Shown: piece by piece, positions 11,244 to 22,288 of the stretch
Numbering within the stretch: position 1 is the stretch's first letter
How the letters are laid out: the number at the start of each line of letters is the position of its first letter
From: Sporopachydermia quercuum
Lineage: Eukaryota
Length of the DNA stretch: 64,000 bases
Assembly: GCA_001599295.1 (NCBI GenBank)
Contig: BCGN01000011.1
Span: 248,001 to 312,000 of the forward strand
Reading direction: 5' to 3'
The notes under the pieces: model-generated
Databases searched by the model: none
What the model was told of the DNA's origin: nothing
Seen by the model: the letters and a program-made list of their open reading frames with translations, nothing else
Position numbers and translations under genes: made by a program

Positions 11244-14200
11244 ATGCATGTGATACCAAACCAACATGGCGATTATGGAGAAAATGAAAATGAAGCAATA
11301 TCTGCTTGGATTGGAGTGAATTCTTCCGTTGGAGATGCTGGAGCTAATAATCCCGTGGTGAATGATGGCAATGGCAGTAGTGATGGTAACTTAATAGATG
11401 TAGATCTGGGAACTGGTGAAGCTGTTACTGATAGTAGCAAATCGAGAGAAATAAAAGAGGATGTCAGACAATTTACTAAATTTCAAGGAGGAAAAACTCC
11501 TGCTAGAATTATTCATGATATACTACGCACTGTTATAGCAAGAGAGAACCCATTCCGTAAACACGCTGGCGATACAATAGCCACTTCGAGGTCTAGAAAT
11601 AAGCAGTGGCCACACTATTTAAGCAAGCTTCCTCTTCAATACTGTCGATCGATTCCTTCTAGTACACCTTTCGAAATATATGTCAACAAGAACGTCTGGG
11701 AGTTTTCCCCATGTGTCTCTAAAGCTGTTTCTGATAAAGGTATTGCTTACACGCGAATGAGAGCTTTAATATGCCATNAACAAGAATTCAATGTATTCCA
11801 CTTAGATTTAAAAGTACAGGTACGAGAAGATGAGGCACTTAGACTGAAATTTGATAAATCATTTATCCATTTAGTACTGGAAGAGGAAGACCCGAATCTT
11901 ACACTATCTACAGAATGCATTGACTATGCTGTATTTACATTACCTGGTTCTTCACTGAGAGTCACTATTAGTATTACAGAATCAGAATTCAAAGAGAAAG
12001 AACTGTTGAGTTTTGATCCTGATAATATGCGAGCTAGAATTAATCAATTCCATGGTGCTGATCCTANAGCTGAGAGTATAACAGATAAAGAGGGCAAAGC
12101 ATTCAAGTATCCCACGACATTCGACAGCTTAGGACTATTGTTGCGTATTATGATAAAGCCTTTGGCTGCTAGCAATGAACAGGAACTGAGACCAATTGGA
12201 TTTTTCAACGAAGCATTAAATAATAAAATAGACCCTCAATTGCTCCCTACAGTGAAGTTCAGTGAAAACTACGAAACTTCCCAATACGAGCCTCCTGACT
12301 TTCGTAGCTTGGGGCCAATACAGGACTCGGTTCTNCCTGAAGTATATATGAGGAACCCTGAATTGCAAGCAGTAAGAGATCAAATGGTAAGGCAACTACT
12401 GGAAGTGGTGTTTTATATGGATCGAAACATCAAACTAATGGAAACAGAGCAACCACAAACTGGTCTGAAAGACGGCACAGAGTTACTAATGAGGACCCTT
12501 TTAGCACCAACAAGAAAAGAAACAGTTTTGCTCGAAGCCAATCCAGATACTTATCCTGGGTTTGTAGAATTAGGTGCTGTTCCAGGATTCACTAGCGGGC
12601 AAATACTTAGATGCTTTGAATCGCAATGTAAGCTTGATCCAAAGAATACACCATCATACTTTGGCTCCCTACGTATATTAGCATTGAGTAGTGGTGATGT
12701 AGAACTAGAAGAGCAAACTTCACGGTTAAGATCCCTTGGTTATTTGTCTGATGACGAGATTCGAAATGGCTACGCCTGGTTTCTTCCCGGAGTACATCCT
12801 GATAGGATCCGAGATTTGGATCTTGCTTTAGCATATCGAAAGCAACTAAGATTGAAACCNGAGAATCATAGACAAATCTCGGAACTCTTAGTTTCACTCG
12901 GTATCGCAAGAGGGTCTCAATTCATCCGTGAACTTCCGCGATCAGACCCTCTGCCTTTATCGGAAGCTTATAATGTGTTAGGAGCCGATGAGAAAATCGA
13001 AGATGACTCGGTAATAGTAGCTTTTGAAGTACTTCGGGGTGATTATACGGATGGTGAGCAAAATCCTACATTAGTAGACCACGGCAAAAGAGCATTAATA
13101 TCAATAGCAGAAGCTCGGATGACAGCTAGGCTTTTATCTTATGCTGAGACATCGGGGAAGGCTATTCCTGTTTGGCCATATGATGAAGATGATTTATTAG
13201 AATATAGCGATAAAACAGACATGGAAATTTTATCGGAAATCTCCAATCAAATTCAAAAAGAGCCTGATCAAGTTTGGTATCAACGCCAGGTACTTAGAAG
13301 AATAGGCGAAATCAGGAACAGTGAACTAATAAACGATTTCCTTCAAAGTGGAAGAATCAATGCTAAAAAGTTAGAACCTAATGAATGGCCAGTAGGGTTA
13401 ATGAATTTAGGTAATACTTGTTATCTTAACTCATTATTGCAATATTTCTTTGCTTTGAGACCTCTTCGAGAATTTGTTCTTGACTTTGATGCTTTAGCTG
13501 TAGGGAAGGATGATGAATTGTTGAANAGAAGAAGAATAGGTGGAAGNAAAGTGTCCCAAGAGGAGTCTATTAGAGCGAGACAGTTTGTTTTCTATTTACA
13601 GGATCTATTTCGTACATTGATATCTACTCCTGAGAGGGAAATATGCCCCAAGAAACAATTAGAGTATTTGGCTCTTATGCCGTCAGGATTAGAAGATTTC
13701 ACAGTTTTCCAGTTGGAAGAAGCAACTGACATTGAACCGACGACAGGACCAGAATCTCGTCCTGAAATAACTACTGAGAATACTGAANATCAAAGTGAAG
13801 GTGATTTGGAGATAGTAGATACTCAGGGAAATAAGCACAAGAGAGAAAAGACTCCTATTGTTGAAAGTGACAGTGAGAACAAAGACCAGGTAAAGGAACA
13901 AACTCAGGAGCGTAAAAAGGAGCTGGAAAACGAGTTTGAGGGCCCAATTGAAATAGTGAGATCAAAATCTGAAGGTCGGACTGGTGATGAGTCTTCTACA
14001 TCGAATACTCCTTTAGGAGATTCACAATTAGAGCCTAATAGCTTCAAGCGAAGAGTTTCCGAATCACATATTACTGAGAGTCGCAATAGAGCGTCTGGTA
14101 ATAGAGTCCAAGAGCTGTCTGATACACCAGTTGTTTCTGATACTGTGATAGATGTAGCTAATGACAGTATTGCTGGTGGTCCCGATACCAACGGCAGTAG

Positions 14201-15749
14201 TGAGAATAAGAATTGTAGTAACGATAATCAATTAACAGGATCTGAGCAAAATACAACAAGCTCTTCTTTACCAGCACAACGAAATAAGAGTATTATACCC
14301 GGTTTTGAAGTTTCAGAAGAACAAATGCTCACGGCTTCAGAAATGGGCAGACAGCAAGATGTCACTGAATGTGTCGGTAATGTTCTATTCCAAATCGAGG
14401 CAGCAGCAGATCCTGAAGAGTTAGATAACTCGGGTGAACAAATTGATATTATCAAGCGACTTTTCTATGGTAAAACCAAACAATCAATGCGATCAAGAAA
14501 CAAAGAAGGAGATATTCGGGAAAACATTGAGCAGTTTAGTTATGTTATAGTAAACGTAGCCAACAAACCAAAAGACATATATCAAGCGTTTGATCAATAT
14601 TTCGCTGGAGAAGCAGCTGTTGAGACTGATAATCAATTATTTGATCGATCAGTAAGTGTGATAGATCTACCACCTATTTTGCAGGTGCAAGTTCAACGTA
14701 TTGACTATGACAAAGTAAGAGAACGATTGGTTAAATTGAATAATCCTTTACCGTTCCCTACTACTGTTTATATGGATAGATATGTTGAAGAGGCTCAAGA
14801 GTCATTGAGCAGAGGCCAAAAAAGACAGAAATACTTCGAATTGGTAAGAGAGTTCTTGGAATTAAGCGAAAAGAAGAAAGAACTGAGTAAGTATGAAGAT
14901 GGGTTAACGTTGAAAGACGCTTTGAAAACTTGTGCTGATTGGCTGACAGAGGCAAGTAGTAGAGAGGATATTATTGTTGATCCAGAGACAATAGAGACAT
15001 TGGATAATCAAATCCGTCAGATTGAGTCTGAAAGGATTGAATTATCAAATAGACACGAAGAATTAGAAGCGATTCTTGAAAACGAGTTCTCCCAAGATAA
15101 GAACTATGGCTATAAGTTGTTTGCAGTGTTTATCCATAGAGGTGAACCAAGTTTCGGTCATTACTGGGTTTATTTACGAGATTTTGATAGAAAGACACTC
15201 GACGGGCAGTTATTATTCAGAAAATATAATGATCAGCATGTGACTGAAGTGCCTATTCATGAAGTTATGAATTTCGATGAGGAGAATACAGCTACACCAT
15301 GTTTCCTTACTTTTGTTAGAGAAGGCATGGAGAAGGAACTTGTGAATCCACTACTACGATTAATTGAAGATGTCACTTCAGATGAGGATAACAATAAAGA
15401 AAACGCGGTAGTGACTAAACCCAATAATATTACTATAGATGTAACAGATGATACTGACGTGGATGTGGCTGTTGATGCTGATGTTCAGATCTCGAGTTCG
15501 AAGGAAGTCAAAACGAAGGTTAAAAAGGGAAAATATATTGATACAGATAGAAGCATTGAGGGCATACCGGTTGCTGAATTATTGCATGAGGATTCCGAGT
15601 CTGACTCCAATTCAGAGATGGGGCTAATAGAAGATGATTTTAACAACGATTTCGAAAGTAGCAAAGATGATTATAATTTAGAGGTTGATCCTAAAGATTT
15701 CAACATTAGTATGATGAAATCAGACGGGTATTTAAATGATCATTGGTGA
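11244..15749 (+). CDS. UBP2: Ubiquitin carboxyl-terminal hydrolase Ubp2
   Basis: Cys box GLMNLGNTCYLNSLLQYFF, QQDVTEC, His box HRGEPSFGHYWVY; repeated 'AY..LG.....DD..I.AF' RPT units typical of Ubp2. Confidence 0.92.
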   Translation: MHVIPNQHGDYGENENEAISAWIGVNSSVGDAGANNPVVNDGNGSSDGNLIDVDLGTGEAVTDSSKSREIKEDVRQFTKFQGGKTPARIIHDILRTVIARENPFRKHAGDTIATSRSRNKQWPHYLSKLPLQYCRSIPSSTPFEIYVNKNVWEFSPCVSKAVSDKGIAYTRMRALICHXQEFNVFHLDLKVQVREDEALRLKFDKSFIHLVLEEEDPNLTLSTECIDYAVFTLPGSSLRVTISITESEFKEKELLSFDPDNMRARINQFHGADPXAESITDKEGKAFKYPTTFDSLGLLLRIMIKPLAASNEQELRPIGFFNEALNNKIDPQLLPTVKFSENYETSQYEPPDFRSLGPIQDSVXPEVYMRNPELQAVRDQMVRQLLEVVFYMDRNIKLMETEQPQTGLKDGTELLMRTLLAPTRKETVLLEANPDTYPGFVELGAVPGFTSGQILRCFESQCKLDPKNTPSYFGSLRILALSSGDVELEEQTSRLRSLGYLSDDEIRNGYAWFLPGVHPDRIRDLDLALAYRKQLRLKXENHRQISELLVSLGIARGSQFIRELPRSDPLPLSEAYNVLGADEKIEDDSVIVAFEVLRGDYTDGEQNPTLVDHGKRALISIAEARMTARLLSYAETSGKAIPVWPYDEDDLLEYSDKTDMEILSEISNQIQKEPDQVWYQRQVLRRIGEIRNSELINDFLQSGRINAKKLEPNEWPVGLMNLGNTCYLNSLLQYFFALRPLREFVLDFDALAVGKDDELLXRRRIGGXKVSQEESIRARQFVFYLQDLFRTLISTPEREICPKKQLEYLALMPSGLEDFTVFQLEEATDIEPTTGPESRPEITTENTEXQSEGDLEIVDTQGNKHKREKTPIVESDSENKDQVKEQTQERKKELENEFEGPIEIVRSKSEGRTGDESSTSNTPLGDSQLEPNSFKRRVSESHITESRNRASGNRVQELSDTPVVSDTVIDVANDSIAGGPDTNGSSENKNCSNDNQLTGSEQNTTSSSLPAQRNKSIIPGFEVSEEQMLTASEMGRQQDVTECVGNVLFQIEAAADPEELDNSGEQIDIIKRLFYGKTKQSMRSRNKEGDIRENIEQFSYVIVNVANKPKDIYQAFDQYFAGEAAVETDNQLFDRSVSVIDLPPILQVQVQRIDYDKVRERLVKLNNPLPFPTTVYMDRYVEEAQESLSRGQKRQKYFELVREFLELSEKKKELSKYEDGLTLKDALKTCADWLTEASSREDIIVDPETIETLDNQIRQIESERIELSNRHEELEAILENEFSQDKNYGYKLFAVFIHRGEPSFGHYWVYLRDFDRKTLDGQLLFRKYNDQHVTEVPIHEVMNFDEENTATPCFLTFVREGMEKELVNPLLRLIEDVTSDEDNNKENAVVTKPNNITIDVTDDTDVDVAVDADVQISSSKEVKTKVKKGKYIDTDRSIEGIPVAELLHEDSESDSNSEMGLIEDDFNNDFESSKDDYNLEVDPKDFNISMMKSDGYLNDHW

Positions 15750-17265
15750 GTAGGTTCAATTTATTCAACACCTATCTATATCTATATCTATATATCTATC
15801 TATATTATTAGGAAGGATCATAAATTTGATGTAGGAAATGCATAGCGTTTTGAGAAGTTCAGCCCAGAAACAGTCTAGTAATTGAGTTCCACTTGCATAT
15901 CACTCACTAGTNGAATTATGTAAGACTATGTAAGACTATGTATGTCTTAGAGTATTGAAAGTATGACACAGTCTTGAGGCATGAAAGTGGAAGGAGTAAT
16001 GAGACTACAACTAGTTGATGATAGAGAGATCTAGAATAGTTCGCCAATAAGTAGCTCATTATAAAAGGAGAACAGTGAATTGTATAGGTTCCATTTCTTG
16101 AGGGAATGAATTGAGTGTATGGTGGTTCTATCCTGCAAAAAAGCTCAGCTCTCTTCAATTGATTGACCTGTTTCCTGTTCCTTTGAATCGAACGGGTAAT
16201 CGTGATTGCCAAAATTTACCAGAATGGGGTCAGATCTGGGGATGCCAGCAATAGAAGAAGTCACATTTGTCACGATCAATAGTAACCCAAAATCAACTGA
16301 AGTGGTCTCCGCATCACCCCTGTCAACATCCCTTGGACCTGTTGCAGCTCGATTAACGACTATACGGTAAGAAAATTAATAATAACTTATATTGGGGTCT
16401 CAATAAATTGATTCTTGAAGTATTACATAATACATAAATCNTACGTAAGCAAAATAGGTCAGCAACCGAGATGAATTCGTCCGAATTTACATTACCGTGC
16501 CTAATGTCTTATGTCTGAGAAATTTTCGCAATCAAGAATCTGGAACTGAAACCTGAGAGATTGGTGCATTTCAACGATGAAAAGAGTACAACTGTCTAAA
16601 ACGAAAATAACCCATTTTCCTCGATTTTCCAGCACTAATTACCATCAATGTATTACTAGAATCAAACCGCTAATTAGCTCAATACTAATACTATCTTCCG
16701 TACTCATTATCTCTTTCCCCAGTGACACCTTCTCAAATCTTCACTTAAAGTTTGTCTGAATTAAGATAATGATTATGTCTAGTCGAATGAATCACATGAC
16801 ATTTGTTGTCAGTACACTNCAAAATTAACCACCAAAAAGCGTGTAAGAATAAAACTACAGTGTTTGATTATAGAACAGACACCGAAATCAGTCTGAAGGA
16901 ACGTAGAAGAAAACAGTTATTTGAAGCTTTATGGAAAAGTAATGCTATTAAATAGCAAGTCTTAAAGATCAATTTTAATAGGTCAATATTAGATAAGATA
17001 TTTGATTGATTAACTGAAAGTTTGGTTAGTTAGCTGATTCTTATTGATGGAAAGATAATTGCGTCTGGTCNCTTGTGGTATTGAAAAAGGATAACTTGCA
17101 AGTACCCCTTAGATGAGAATCAATAAGGCAATTAGTAAGATAAACAGTCTTAATTGCATTCAAAACAATAAGAAAACGCGGTAAAATCCAATATATATTC
17201 TAGTAGAATACGTTGTATTGATTTCCATAATTAAACCAATAAGAAGGTAGCATAGCATTATCATT

Positions 17266-18303
17266 ATGTCAACAGGACTGCAGAGAAGAAGGGTTAGAGG
17301 ATCGACAGATGGAGATGATGAATCAAGAAATGATACAAATGATTACAACAATTTAGGCGGTGGAAGCAGCAGCAATAACGGAGCATCGCAAGTTGAAGTT
17401 GGTGATCACAAAGTTGTGTTTGATCCAAGAGATATCAATAATAATGAAGAATCTAAAGTGCCATTGCTTACTTTAATGGAAGAAGTTGTATTGATGGGAT
17501 TGAAAGATAAAGAAGGATATCTTTCTTTTTGGAATGATAATATCTCGTATGCTTTAAGAGGTTGTATAATGTTGGAACTCGCTTTCAGAGGTAAGATTGC
17601 TGTTGTAAATGACCCTGCTAGGAAAAGATATGAATTAAGTGAAAGAGTGATTGAATTGATCGATGACAGAATCACTGGAGAAGTTATTCTCGATGAAACT
17701 ATTAAATTGATGAAAGGAAGCGAGAAGTTATCAATTGCCAGTTGGATTGATTTATTGAGTGGTGAAACCTGGAATATCATGAAAATCAACTATCAGTTGA
17801 AGCAAGTGAGGGAAAGGTTAACCAAAGGTCTTGTTGATAAAGGTATTTTAAGAACCGAAAGAAGAAATTTTTTTCTATTTGATATGGCTACTCATCCAAT
17901 TTCTGATAACACAGCTAAAGAAGGTATTAAGAAAAGAGTTGTCAATTTATTAGCAGCAAGAACTGTTACACTACCTTTTGTTCCTAAGCTATTTTCAGAG
18001 GATACTAAGTATAAGTATCTAAGGTCAATAGCATTAGTATGTGGTGCTTATGCTGCCAATGTCCTAGAAAATGTCTTAATGGGATTGAATTATGATTTAA
18101 GAGATAAAGCATTTGCAAGAGCTGACGAATTATTATCTCAATATTCAGAGTATCCTTTCAATTTGACTGTAACCAGCTCACTAGGCGTTGGAATCAATTT
18201 GAATCAAGAAGTTTCCGAGGAGATTGAAGGTAGTAGTGACCTTCAACTTGAAGTGATTGCTGGTGTTTTGAGTGTTTTCTCAAGAATGGATTCCATCTTG
18301 TGA
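17266..18303 (+). CDS. VPS74: Golgi PI4P effector Vps74/GOLPH3
   Basis: N-terminal [59 protein letters not shown]. Confidence 0.97.
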   Translation: MSTGLQRRRVRGSTDGDDESRNDTNDYNNLGGGSSSNNGASQVEVGDHKVVFDPRDINNNEESKVPLLTLMEEVVLMGLKDKEGYLSFWNDNISYALRGCIMLELAFRGKIAVVNDPARKRYELSERVIELIDDRITGEVILDETIKLMKGSEKLSIASWIDLLSGETWNIMKINYQLKQVRERLTKGLVDKGILRTERRNFFLFDMATHPISDNTAKEGIKKRVVNLLAARTVTLPFVPKLFSEDTKYKYLRSIALVCGAYAANVLENVLMGLNYDLRDKAFARADELLSQYSEYPFNLTVTSSLGVGINLNQEVSEEIEGSSDLQLEVIAGVLSVFSRMDSIL

Positions 18304-18914
18304 TCATCCACGAAATAATACCCATTCCTAAGTTCACGCTGTGGTTACAAGTTTCCTTCAAACAATAGACTTAGCTGAAGAGCTTAGCATAACAGTTATT
18401 CATTCTTCTTTCGATATGAATAAGAATAAGGAAGTTTATTGCTATGATAAAAATTTCTAACAGGTTTAGATGTACAGGAAATTATTCTTAAATACATTCT
18501 TCTTCATAAACACTCCCTTTTATTTTCTAATTCTTACTTTTTTTTGTTAGTTCCTTTTTTCTTGACTCATATTCATTTCCATTCTCATATTTCATCATGG
18601 GTTCATTGTTTAATTTCATATTTTCCATGTCAATATACTATAGACATGGGGATATAGACAACCTGAGCAATAAATGGTAATATAATTTGGTAAAATAGAG
18701 GAAAAGTTCTGTAAGAAGTAACTAATCTTCCAAAAAAAAAAATTAAGAAAGCAACTCAAGACAACTTTGATAAATAAACTAATTGACTGATAAATATGAT
18801 GATTTATTGTGATCTATTTCCTCATGAATCAAGAAAATATACAAGATAAAAATGAACATACAAGAAAACCCAATAAATGTATGACTATTGACGTGAATGT
18901 AACGAGTGAGTTAC

Positions 18915-19604
18915 TTATCGATAAGGAGCATCAGCGTCCAAGCAGTATTGTAATTCTTGTTCCCATTTATCACCATTAGCTAATAGCTTCTCCTTGTTGT
19001 ATAATAATTCTTCTCTCGTTTCGGTACTGTATTCAACATTGGGAGTTTCAACGATGGCATCAACAGGGCATGATTCCTGGCAATAGCCACAGTAAATGCA
19101 TTTAGTCATGTCAATATCGTACTTAACAGTTCTTCTTGATCCGTCAACACGTTCTTCAGCTTCAATTGTGATAGCTTGAGCTGGGCAAATAGCTTCACAC
19201 AGCTTGCAAGCAATGCACCTTTCTTCACCAGACGGGTAACGACGTAAAGCGTGTTCACCTCTAAATCTGGGAGAAATTGGACCCTTTTCAAAAGGATAAT
19301 AAATAGTATAAGGAGCTCTGAAATATTGTTCAAGACAAATATACATTCCTCGGAAACATTCTGCCAATAAGAAAAATTTAGTTGCTTTGTCTAACGCTGA
19401 TTCAGATTGTTCATCCCATTCTTTTGCTCTGTGTAAACGGAATCCGGATGGTGGAATAGCTTCTTCAGTGCCAACAGCGGTCAAACCATTAGATTTTGTA
19501 GATGTTATAGTTCTGAGTTGAAATCCAACTCGACTGTTTGAAACAATTCTAGCTGTTAAATTTTTGTTCAATGGTCGAACAGAAGTCCTTAGTATAGAGG
19601 CCAT
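18915..19604 (-). CDS. NUIM: NADH:ubiquinone oxidoreductase 23 kDa (TYKY/NDUFS8) Fe-S subunit
   Basis: Two 4Fe-4S motifs, [12 protein letters not shown] and [12 protein letters not shown], plus [16 protein letters not shown]. Likely start ATG 19604 ([10 protein letters not shown], presequence-like); the ORF-track start is non-ATG. Confidence 0.97.
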   Translation of the reverse strand: MASILRTSVRPLNKNLTARIVSNSRVGFQLRTITSTKSNGLTAVGTEEAIPPSGFRLHRAKEWDEQSESALDKATKFFLLAECFRGMYICLEQYFRAPYTIYYPFEKGPISPRFRGEHALRRYPSGEERCIACKLCEAICPAQAITIEAEERVDGSRRTVKYDIDMTKCIYCGYCQESCPVDAIVETPNVEYSTETREELLYNKEKLLANGDKWEQELQYCLDADAPYR

Positions 19605-20848
19605 TTTGTCGAATGTTGTATGCTTATGTGTGTATGTGATGATGAAGTAATTTGCTATGATGCCAGCTGTGCGATCTAATTTAAATGATGTGAAATGAAA
19701 AAACAAATTAAATCCTACTTTTCCCCTACTTTCTCTTTTATTCTATGATTTCTTCCCAAAGTTGTAATAATGATGATGTTGACTATTGGTGTATCTTCAT
19801 CCCTCGACCACATACAATCCAACTCGATTCAATTTCGAACCAACAGGTAGAATAAATGCTTATTTATAATATCACCAATAAGTAAGAGCAGTCTATCTGT
19901 CTCTGAATTACTTTTTGATTTCAGNGCTATATTGAGTTCTACAACAAAGTCCTCCCTACTATAATAATCATAGGTAATATAAAGATCCTTCTCTGCAAAG
20001 TGCTATATTATGCTATGGTGAATAATCTAGCATAGAGTGTTTTACCTGTCATAAGCAAATGAACATAATAATGGAATAATAATAATGTGATTGGTTCAAA
20101 TTACTCCTCATGCTTAGCTGGACATTTTGCTGTGTAACTCTCAACATAATGTCCGGTTACTTGATTAATGGAGGGATAACTCTACAAGAAGTTTTAGAGG
20201 GTAGTTTTTGTTACCAGTTTGAAAATACAGGGGACCTCTAAAGAGAGAATCGATAATAATTCTGCCTTGATTGGCGAAATTCATGGCGTCAACTATGCGT
20301 AAACATGTGGGACATACAGAAATATGCATAGATGGTGCTGCTGACATTAATCGCGTATATCACCTTAGAGCTATGGAGTCGTTATTTCAATTGGTAGTAT
20401 TCTGCTACATGTTAAGTTGTTATTACTCCAAAAAAACTGACAGTTGGGTGCTAAGATAATATGCCACTAAGTGAATCTAATGGCTTAATTGATATTAATG
20501 GCTACTAAAGGAGTAAAAGAGAAATGATGGGAAACACAATCAAGCGCTATTCTATGCAGTGACATCAAGCAAGCTATAAGGTTTTTCCCTTTCTAACCTC
20601 CAGTTACATGGAGACTTTTTTTTTATCATAAACAAGCTTAATCCTTTCAAAACATTATATAGATGAAATATGTATACATATTAAGACCTATTTGTGTAAC
20701 AACTAAAACAAATAAACAAATAAATAATCAGAACCAATTCAAAACAATAAACTATGTTCTCAGGTCAATCTCGTTTCAGAGATGTTTCAGATAGAATTCA
20801 TATTCATGCATGACTTGCATATAGGATCGTATTGCCTTACATTATTAT

Positions 20849-22194
20849 TGTAACAACCAGCTTATTACTAAATCCACGTGACCCTTAACGTGACACATTT
20901 GACATTTTAGATTTATCTATATTTCTATTTGTACCTTTTATATATATACTATTTACTTCGCTGATTATTTACTCTCATTCTTCTCTTTCTAATTAATAAT
21001 AAGAAGAAGGAGAAGAAGGGAAAAGAGTAAGAACTCTAATATAATTCTTCATTATTTCTTAAAATTCATTTTATTTTACTGAATGATATATGATCAGACA
21101 GTAACACTTTGTAACAACCAGCTATGCATTACTTATTACTAAACCACGTGACCTTTCACGTGACACATTGGCATTTCACATCTATCTATATTTCTATTTG
21201 TACCTTTTATATATATATACTATTTACTTCGCTGATTATTTACTCTCATTCTTCTCTTTCTAATTAATAATAAGAAGAAGGAGAAGAAGGGAAAAGAGTA
21301 AGAACTCTAATATAATTCTTCATTATTTCTTAAAATTCATTTTATTTTACTGAATGATATATGATCAGACAGTAACACTTTGTAACAACCAGCTATGCAT
21401 TACTTATTACTAAACCACGTGACCTTTCACGTGACACATTGGCATTTCACATCTATCTATATTTCTATTTGTACCTTTTATATATATATACTATTTACTT
21501 CGCTGATTATTTACTCTCATTCTTCTCTTTCTAATTAATAATAAGAAGAAGGAGAAGAAGGGAAAAGAGTAAGAATTCTAATATAATTCTTCATTATTTC
21601 TTAAAATTCATTTTATTTTACTGAATGATATATGATCAGACAGTAACACTTTGTAACAACCAGCTATGCATTACTTATTACTAAACCACGTGACCTTTCA
21701 CGTGACACATTGGNATTTNACATNTATCTATATTTCTATTTGTACCTTTTATATATATATACTATTTACTTCGCTGATTATTTACTCTCATTCTTCTCTT
21801 TCTAATTAATAAGAAGAAGAAGGAGAAGAAGGAAAAAGAGTAAGAATTCTGATACAATTCTTCAATTTTTCTTAAAATTCATTTTATTTTACTGAATGAT
21901 GTATGATCAGACAGTAACACACTTACTGTAACAACCAGCTATGCATTACTTATTACTAAACCACGTGACCTTTCACGTGACACATTGGCATTTCACATCT
22001 ATCTATATTTCTATTTGTACCTTTTATATATATATACTATTTACTTCGCTGATTATTTACTCTCATTCTTCTCTTTCTAATTAATAATAAGAAGAAGGAG
22101 AAGAAGGAAAAAGAGTAAGAATTCTGATACAATTCTTCAATTTTTCTTAAAATTCATTTTATTTTACTGAATGATGTATGATCAGACAGTAACA
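20849..22194. mobile_element. Tandem array of five solo-LTR-like units, probably Ty3/Gypsy type
   Basis: Units 20849-21106, 21110-21377, 21381-21648, 21652-21919 and 21927-22194. Each starts TGTAACAAC and ends CAGTAACA (TG...CA, imperfect terminal IR), with an internal TATATA tract and ~27% GC. Spacers are 3-7 bp. The array ends 11 bp before tRNA-Leu and contains no coding sequence. The repeat itself is directly visible; the LTR identity is inferred. Confidence 0.75.
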
Positions 22195-22205
22195 CACTTA
22201 TGTAA

Positions 22206-22288
22206 GGCAATCTGGCCGAGTTGGTCTAAGGCGTCAGGTTAAGGTCCTGATCTCTTCGGAGGCCTGGGTTCGAATCCCAGGGTTGTCA
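22206..22288 (+). tRNA. tRNA-Leu(AAG)
   Basis: Acceptor stem GGCAATC/GGTTGTC, A-box TGGCCGAGTTGG, anticodon arm TCAGG-TTAAGGT-CCTGA, long variable arm, GGTTCGAATCC, T8 terminator downstream. Confidence 0.95.

Noticed and set aside
20831..20848. Retroelement primer-binding site beside the first LTR
   Set aside because: It matches the tRNA leader and 5' end rather than a tRNA 3' CCA end, and no internal gag-pol sequence follows; better explained as an arm of the target-site palindrome.
21110..21377. Canonical Saccharomyces point centromere
   Set aside because: CDEI-like motifs are present, but there is no CDEIII CCGAA core and the AT content (~77%) is below that of CDEII.
20849..22194. CRISPR-like array
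   Set aside because: Units are ~268 bp with 3-7 bp spacers, the context is eukaryotic and there are no cas genes.
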